Assembly: GCA_043778225.1 (NCBI GenBank)
Contig: JAYWGM010000106.1
Location: forward strand, 1 to 11,768
DNA: 11,768 bases
Reading direction: 5' to 3'
DNA from: Deinococcales bacterium
GTDB taxonomy: Bacteria; Deinococcota; Deinococci; Deinococcales; JAAFIG01
The position numbers and the translations under genes were made by a program. A model generated the notes under the pieces. The model had not been told where the DNA came from. It saw only the letters and a program-made list of their open reading frames with translations, and did not search any database. Numbering within the stretch: position 1 is the stretch's first letter; every line of letters begins with the position of its first letter. Below are positions 6,692 through 11,768 of this stretch, in pieces.

Positions 6692-7729
6692 TTATTTTGG
6701 CAAATTCTTTTGTAAATAACTCAGCCAGTTGCCACCCACTACCCCAGCCCGATGCTCGGGTGGCACAATTGCCCCAATTTTCTCGAGGTCGCTAATCGTC
6801 TCAAAGCCTTCTGGGGCTTCCTCTGCGCCAAATCCACCATCGGAATCTGAACCAATGCCAAGGCGCTGCCAGCCAATAATGCTTGCCATATGCTCAAAAT
6901 GCGCCTTGACCTGATGCTCGAACGTTACCAGTACGCGGCGGTCTTCTCGAGTCCAACGGGCATCTAAAAAGCTATTGAGCAACACCACCCCAACCCGCCC
7001 ATCTCGAGCCAGAATTTGCTGCAACATCGCATCGGTCAAATGCCGATTGGTGCTGGCGCGGAGTGCAAAAGCATTGCTGTGCGAGGCAATTAAGCGCGTG
7101 ATGCCAACCTCTAAACTTTCCCAAAAGGCTTCCCAGCTTTGGTGCGAAGCATCGAGAATCATTTGTTTACTTTCGACTGCCGCAATCAGTTCGCGCCCCA
7201 GAGCGGTTAAGCCACCGGGCATTTCTGTACCGCCAGCGTAGCGAGTTCGTCCCCAACTTGTGCCAAGAATTCGCACCCCACGCCCATGCCAATACTCGAG
7301 TTCAGACGGATTACGAATCGGGTCTGCGCCCTCCATTAAAATCACTAAGCCCGTTATTTTATCGCTTGCCCATAACTCGAGATGATGCGCCAAATCGGTT
7401 TGGCTAAGAATTATTCGCACTGCGCCACGCGCCGCCCAGCCTTCATAAACCGCTAGTTGTGCGACTGCCTGAGCGTGGGCTTGGTCTGGGGTGCTGTAAC
7501 CGCGTGGGTCAATCACATCTGGTTTTGTCCATTGCACGGCTGGTGCAGCAAAAAGGGTCGCAAATGCGACCGCTACACCCGCTTGGCGCAGGGCTGGCAA
7601 GGTCGTGGTGCATAGACCATGTTTGTTATTTGGCTCGAGCTTGCGGATTTCTTGTGGCGTTAGATGTTCTAAATCGCGCCCATAAAAAACTGCTCCAAAT
7701 GCCAAATCTAAATGTCCATCTATAATCAT
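6692..7729 (-). CDS. Membrane dipeptidase, peptidase M19 (renal dipeptidase family)
   Basis: IIDGHLD (HxD), ILMEGAD, GLTALGRELI, ILDASH, IASHSNA, RHLTD and IGSDSDGG. Confidence 0.93.
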   Translation of the reverse strand: MIIDGHLDLAFGAVFYGRDLEHLTPQEIRKLEPNNKHGLCTTTLPALRQAGVAVAFATLFAAPAVQWTKPDVIDPRGYSTPDQAHAQAVAQLAVYEGWAARGAVRIILSQTDLAHHLELWASDKITGLVILMEGADPIRNPSELEYWHGRGVRILGTSWGRTRYAGGTEMPGGLTALGRELIAAVESKQMILDASHQSWEAFWESLEVGITRLIASHSNAFALRASTNRHLTDAMLQQILARDGRVGVVLLNSFLDARWTREDRRVLVTFEHQVKAHFEHMASIIGWQRLGIGSDSDGGFGAEEAPEGFETISDLEKIGAIVPPEHRAGVVGGNWLSYLQKNLPK

Positions 7730-7734
7730 ACTCG

Positions 7735-7740
7735 AGTATA
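7735..7740 (-). promoter_or_regulatory. -10 box TATACT, 5 nt before the dipeptidase ATG (leaderless)
   Basis: The minus strand reads gggTATACTcgagtATG; no SD is present. Confidence 0.65.
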
Positions 7741-7778
7741 CCCAAGCTCATCTGACGAATGGGTTGGCTCGAGAAGGT

Positions 7779-8111
7779 TCAGTCTTGGGTTTCGTCCTGC
7801 ATCTGGGCAGCCTTATCTTGTACCCAACGGCGATAGAGGTCGGCTTTGTATTCGGATGCCTTGGCGCGGTTCATCAAGACCGCAATTGCGCCGTATAAGG
7901 ACAGCAAAAGCGCTAAAAGTTGTAAAACTGGATTGAATTGCAGCCCAAAAAACAACACCAAACCGAGCGGAATTGCCCAGCCCGAAAATGGCAATAAACT
8001 TGGGGCAGCTTTGCCACTCCATGCCTCGAGTTCGGCTAAGGTCATAAACTCTATTGTCTCTTTACCCTCGGCAAAAGTCGCCCATTCTCCAGCTTCGGTG
8101 GTGCTATTCAT
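7779..8111 (-). CDS. Small hypothetical membrane protein (110 aa, two hydrophobic segments)
   Basis: The start is reassigned to ATG 8111 (MNSTTEAGEW...), because the longer ORF from 8438 overlaps the SBP gene and its terminator. Hydrophobic stretches are WAIPLGLVLFFGL and VLQLLALLLSLYGAIAVLM. Confidence 0.72.
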   Translation of the reverse strand: MNSTTEAGEWATFAEGKETIEFMTLAELEAWSGKAAPSLLPFSGWAIPLGLVLFFGLQFNPVLQLLALLLSLYGAIAVLMNRAKASEYKADLYRRWVQDKAAQMQDETQD

Positions 8112-8117
8112 GTCAGT

Positions 8118-8123
8118 ATTGTA
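8118..8123 (-). promoter_or_regulatory. -10 box TACAAT, 6 nt before ATG 8111 (leaderless)
   Basis: The minus strand reads gagTACAATactgacATG. Confidence 0.65.
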
Positions 8124-8132
8124 CTCAGAATT

Positions 8133-8164
8133 AAAAAAACAGGAAAGAGCATAAACTCTTTCCT
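8133..8164 (-). terminator. Intrinsic terminator of the ABC substrate-binding protein gene
   Basis: Perfect 9-bp stem AGGAAAGAG (8141-8149) / CTCTTTCCT (8156-8164) with a 6-nt loop, followed on the minus strand by G-T7. Confidence 0.88.
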
Positions 8165-8181
8165 CCTTTTGGCTCGAGTCT

Positions 8182-9690
8182 TTATTTGGTTTTGAAGACG
8201 CGCACGGCGTTGGAATTTGGTGTCGGTTGTCCAGCCCACCAATTGTAGACATTCTTGCGGGTTGCGGCGATGTACGGCGCACTGAATGCCCAGATACCGG
8301 GAACTTGGTCAGCCAACATAATCTGCATCGCGGCGTACAGACGGTAGCGCTCCGAATCGGTGCTGGCAACAAGGGCTTTGTCGTTGAGGGCTTTGTATGG
8401 GGCATTGTTCCAGTTGAAGTAATAACCATCTCGAGCATAGCGGTCTAAGTCAAAGGATTCGGCGTGACCAATAATCGTGAGGTCGTAGTCTTTATTTAAG
8501 AAGACTTTTTGAATCCAAGTGTTAAATGGCACAAGTTCGATTTCGGCATTGACCCCGACATTGGCAAGTTGCTGCACATAAATTTCGGCGGTGCGGCGTT
8601 CGATTGGAAATTCGTTGGCAACTGTAAACTTGACTTTGAGGTTACTCTGACCCGCTTGGGCAAGAAGTTTTTTCGCCAATTCTGGGTTGTGCGGATTGCG
8701 ATTATTGAGGTCAATGTAATACTGTTGACCGGGCGAATTAAAGCTACCGATGACTGCGCCATAACCAAAAAAACCACCTTGAACGATTGCTTTTTTGTCC
8801 ATTGCAGCCGTAAAAGCTCGGCGTACCCGAATATCATCAAAGGGTTTACGTTTGTTGTTCATCGAAACGGTAATTTCGCCACTCGAGCTACCAACCACGA
8901 CATTAAAATCTTTTTTCAGGCTTTCGACTTGTTCGGCTGGAACATTGTAGCCAATCACATCTATATCGCCAGAGCGCAAACCGGCAATTTTGGCGTTTTG
9001 GTCATCGCCCAAAAAGCGAAATGTGACATTATCCAAATACGGCAGGTTTGCGACATGATAAGTATGGCGGTCTAAACGGACATTGACCCCACGATTCCAA
9101 GCCCCGAGCTTAAATGGACCTGTGCCAATTGGGTCGGTTTTGAGTTTTTCGCGTCCTGCTGCGGTTGAAAACATTTCGTTGGGTTGAATCGTGCTTTCGG
9201 CTCGAGCCAAGTTGTATAAAAATTCGTTGTTGGCTTTGGTCATCTTAAAGACAACCGTTAATGGGTCTGGGGTACTAATACTCGAGATGTCTTGGTAATA
9301 GGTTGGGCTGGTATGACCGCTTTTTTCGTCTCGAGCCACATCGAATTTAACTTTGACATCGGCAGAAGTAAAAGCACTGCCATTGTGGAATTTAACATTG
9401 CGCTTGAGCTTAAAAGTGTAGGTTAGGCGGTCTGGTGTGACTGTCGGCATGGCGGCTGCCAATTGCGGCGTAATCCGCCCATTTTCGGCAAGTCCGACTA
9501 AACCCTCGAGTACATTCTGGTGCATCATGCGGACAATTTCTGCGCCAGCGCCCTGACTGGGGTCTAGGAAGGCAGGTTCGACATTCATCGCCACCACCAA
9601 GTTGCCACCGCGTACAGGAGCGGGCTGGGACGATTGCGCCATTAAAAGTGCGGCGGCGGGAAGGGCGGCGAGCAGTGCAAGTTTCTTCAT
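8182..9690 (-). CDS. ABC transporter substrate-binding protein, family 5 (peptide/nickel, DppA/OppA-like)
   Basis: Signal peptide MKKLALLAALPAAALLMA, LDP, VLEGLV, YTFKLKRNVKFHNGSAFTSADV, PIGTGPFKL and PFDDIRVRRA. SD GGAGG (9695-9699, minus strand) supports ATG 9690. Confidence 0.95.
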   Translation of the reverse strand: MKKLALLAALPAAALLMAQSSQPAPVRGGNLVVAMNVEPAFLDPSQGAGAEIVRMMHQNVLEGLVGLAENGRITPQLAAAMPTVTPDRLTYTFKLKRNVKFHNGSAFTSADVKVKFDVARDEKSGHTSPTYYQDISSISTPDPLTVVFKMTKANNEFLYNLARAESTIQPNEMFSTAAGREKLKTDPIGTGPFKLGAWNRGVNVRLDRHTYHVANLPYLDNVTFRFLGDDQNAKIAGLRSGDIDVIGYNVPAEQVESLKKDFNVVVGSSSGEITVSMNNKRKPFDDIRVRRAFTAAMDKKAIVQGGFFGYGAVIGSFNSPGQQYYIDLNNRNPHNPELAKKLLAQAGQSNLKVKFTVANEFPIERRTAEIYVQQLANVGVNAEIELVPFNTWIQKVFLNKDYDLTIIGHAESFDLDRYARDGYYFNWNNAPYKALNDKALVASTDSERYRLYAAMQIMLADQVPGIWAFSAPYIAATRKNVYNWWAGQPTPNSNAVRVFKTK

Positions 9691-9867
9691 ACATCCTCCG
9701 TTGGAGCTAAAAAAGCATATCCATCTTACACAATCAATTGCTGTACCAAAGAATACGAACAAGCGTTTGTTTGGAGCGAGTCTAAGTATTCCTTGCCAAG
9801 AATTATCGCATAAAAATCAGGCGGCAACCATGTACCGAGAAACAATTCTCCGACAATACTGAGATGC

Positions 9868-9940
9868 ACCAATGTCGCGCTTGTACGAAGAACCAATGTC
9901 GCTCTTGTACGAAGAACCAATGTCGCTCTTGTACGAAAGA
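9868..9940 (+). repeat. 3 x 24-bp tandem direct repeat
   Basis: accaatgtcgcgcttgtacgaaga (9868-9891), accaatgtcgctcttgtacgaaga (9892-9915) and accaatgtcgctcttgtacgaaaga (9916-9940), with no spacers. Confidence 0.97.
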
Positions 9941-9957
9941 CAAAAGGCGCTTAAACT
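9929..9957 (+). promoter_or_regulatory. Candidate leaderless promoter of hrcA
   Basis: TTGTAC (9929-9934, inside repeat unit 3), a 17-nt spacer, TAAACT (9952-9957), then 5 nt to ATG 9963. Confidence 0.6.
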
Positions 9958-9962
9958 CTTCT

Positions 9963-10895
9963 ATGGTCTCGAGGCGCGAACAATTGCTTGAAATGGTGGT
10001 CGAGCAATTTATTTTGCAAAAACGACCTGTGCCAAGCCTTGACCTTGCTAACCCACTCGGGGTGAGTAGCGCCACGGTTCGCAATGAACTGGCAGCACTC
10101 GAGGAAATGGGTTTGTTGCGTCAACCCCACACCAGTGCTGGGCGTGTGCCGACCCGCGAAGGCTGGCGAACGTATGCCAATAAATTTATTCCACCTAAAC
10201 CGCTCCCAGAAGCCAGTTTGGAGCATCTGGAAATGGCAATTGGCAGTGTCGGTGGTGAACAACGCTTTAGGATGGCGATGATGCTTGCCTCGAGTTTAAG
10301 TGGCTATGCTGCCGTCATGACCCTCGCCCCCAAAGAAGCCCGCATCGAAACGATTTTATTATCGGTACTCGAGGGCGGACGGGTTTTGGCGGTGTTGCTT
10401 TTTGAGGGTGGCATGGCTCGAGAAATTGTGCTGGATGTCGGTTTTCGCCCCGAGCGCGATGTGCTTGAACGGCTCGAAAAAGCCCTGCGCGAACCGCCAC
10501 ACGAAAGCCATGAAATCCCCGCCAAGTTACAGCGTCTCGAGCAACAAGCCAGTCCAGCCGTGGCAAGCCTTGCCCAGAGCCTGCGCCAACGCTGGGGCGA
10601 AATTGCCACGGCGGTTTCTTACTCGAGTGGTGCAACTCCAGTTTTAACCGAACCAGAAAGCAACGATGTGGTTTTTTTGCGCGGTGTTTTGGATTTACTC
10701 GAGCGTCCCAACAGCCCAGCCAATTTGTCGCCTGGCTTGGTGTTAAGTGTGGACGACCCAGATGGTATCTCGAGCATTACAGTGGCGTTTAAGTCCAACC
10801 TTGGCAGGGCATCGGTCAGTATTTTAGGACCAACCCGAATGCGTTATGCCAAAGCCATCAGTGTGGCACAAGCGGTCGCCAATGCTTTAGGCTGA
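9963..10895 (+). CDS. hrcA: Heat-inducible transcription repressor HrcA
   Basis: RREQLLEMVVEQFI...PVPS, VSSATVRNELAALEEMGLLRQPHTSAGRVPT..G.R.Y and C-terminal ILGPTRMRY. Homology begins at ATG 9963; an alternative in-frame ATG lies at 9864. Confidence 0.93.
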   Translation: MVSRREQLLEMVVEQFILQKRPVPSLDLANPLGVSSATVRNELAALEEMGLLRQPHTSAGRVPTREGWRTYANKFIPPKPLPEASLEHLEMAIGSVGGEQRFRMAMMLASSLSGYAAVMTLAPKEARIETILLSVLEGGRVLAVLLFEGGMAREIVLDVGFRPERDVLERLEKALREPPHESHEIPAKLQRLEQQASPAVASLAQSLRQRWGEIATAVSYSSGATPVLTEPESNDVVFLRGVLDLLERPNSPANLSPGLVLSVDDPDGISSITVAFKSNLGRASVSILGPTRMRYAKAISVAQAVANALG

Positions 10896-11081
10896 CTCGA
10901 GCTACCTTTCAAGTCATGGGCTTGTAAACCAAAGTCGAGGGTTAAGAACTCGGTCACAATCAATTTACCCATATGCTCCTTTGGCTGCTTATCAGTAACC
11001 CATCATACTGTTACACCCTCGAAGAACTCGAGCAGAAAAAATTGAAGCCTCGAGCAAAGGCTGTGGCTCAAGGCTTTAAGG

Positions 11082-11112
11082 TATAATCCAAGAATCTTAA
11101 TTTTACTAGGAG
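11082..11112 (+). promoter_or_regulatory. -10 box and ribosome-binding site for the RelA/SpoT-domain gene
   Basis: TATAAT at 11082-11087, AGGAG at 11108-11112 and ATG at 11117. Confidence 0.55.
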
Positions 11113-11116
11113 AGAC

Positions 11117-11689
11117 ATGATAGCTCCAGAACGCTATATACAACTTGGATTACCATTAGACTATTTTCAAATTGCTCAAGAAATTAGCAGCCTGACCACA
11201 AATACCATTCCAACAGTGGATATTGGCACAGCCTATATGGATGCAAAAACAAGTGTCGAAGAATTTAGAATAGCAATGTCTAAACTTGCTAAAGGCTTAA
11301 AATGCAGTCATGTTTGTCGTCCTGGTACGGGCATAAAAAACCCAGACCGAATTCTCGAGAAATACTCAAAAAGTGGCGTTGTTCCAACCGATATTTTAGG
11401 TGCGAAACTTATTGCTCCATCGTTGCAACAAATGTATCGTCTGGCTCGACAAATCCCACGACACTTCACAATACTACAATTCAAAGACCGAGTTATCGAA
11501 CCGCAAAGAACAGGCTACCGAGATTTGCAATTTGTGATTCAATTTAAGACCATGCCAGTTGAATTAAAAATTTGCCACCAGATATTTGATGAAATAGACT
11601 CTGTAGAACACAAAGTCTACGAAATTACCCGTTCATTCCAAGGCATAACCAATATCCCAATTCGGCAATTTCATACCAAGTTATGTTAA
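11117..11689 (+). CDS. Stand-alone RelA/SpoT synthetase-like nucleotidyltransferase domain protein (divergent small alarmone synthetase-like)
   Basis: The motif order matches Syn1-4: IKNPDRILEK, TDILGAKLI, DRVIEPQRTGYRDLQ and PVELKI, followed by EHKVYE. No hydrolase, TGS or ACT domains are present. Confidence 0.75.
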   Translation: MIAPERYIQLGLPLDYFQIAQEISSLTTNTIPTVDIGTAYMDAKTSVEEFRIAMSKLAKGLKCSHVCRPGTGIKNPDRILEKYSKSGVVPTDILGAKLIAPSLQQMYRLARQIPRHFTILQFKDRVIEPQRTGYRDLQFVIQFKTMPVELKICHQIFDEIDSVEHKVYEITRSFQGITNIPIRQFHTKLC

Positions 11690-11768
11690 TCAGTTGTGTA
11701 TTTTGACTGATTAACCGACTAAAAGGAGTGATAAAAGACCGAATTAACGCTTGAGCGACAGTTTGACC

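Noticed and set aside
8112..8438. N-terminal 109 aa of the 219-aa ORF 7779-8438
   Set aside because: It overlaps the SBP gene and crosses its terminator; a leaderless start at 8111 fits better.
8509..9075. 188-aa + strand ORF
   Set aside because: It is antisense to the well-supported SBP gene and has no recognisable motifs.
9868..9940. CRISPR array interpretation of the 24-bp repeats
   Set aside because: The repeats are directly adjacent with no spacers, and no cas genes are in the window.
10092..10118. CIRCE-like half site gcAGCACTC inside hrcA
   Set aside because: There is no matching GAGTGCTAA half at N9; it is explained by the Ala-Ala-Leu-Glu codons and the CTCGAG motif.
69..11359. CTCGAG abundance as a cloning or XhoI-ligation artefact
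   Set aside because: The sites sit inside intact, in-frame conserved genes and in functional hairpins, so they are native sequence.
11690..11768. Frameshifted continuation of the RelA/SpoT-like gene, or a new gene after AAAGGAG (11722-11728)
   Set aside because: Only short open frames are present and there is too little sequence to support a call.

Overview
This is a bacterial chromosomal window, most likely from a low-GC member of Deinococcota. That call rests on the 16S 3' end, a DR1245/YbjN-like gene, a short HrcA and several leaderless -10/ATG arrangements. The window starts with the 3' end of a 16S rRNA gene followed by a terminator, with no tRNA or 23S (unlinked rRNA). It then carries a lipoprotein serine hydrolase, a truncated MalT-like regulator remnant, a GNAT acetyltransferase, cdsA, an unusual SHOCT/helical-repeat/coiled-coil protein coupled to a DUF2089 regulator, a YbjN-like gene, methylmalonyl-CoA epimerase, VanZ, an M19 dipeptidase, a small membrane protein, an orphan family-5 ABC substrate-binding protein, hrcA and a divergent RelA/SpoT-type small synthetase-like gene. 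The most striking signals lie outside the gene calls. (1) The palindrome CTCGAG occurs about 71 times by hand count versus about 2.5-3 expected, which resembles cyanobacterial HIP1. (2) A family of intergenic 8-bp-period AAAAGGTY / TTTT(C/A)(C/A)CC arrays occurs at three gene junctions, resembling STRR elements. (3) A 3x24-bp tandem repeat sits in front of hrcA; it supplies a -35 box and also reads in frame as three CxxC motifs. All homology calls are from motif recognition, not database searches.
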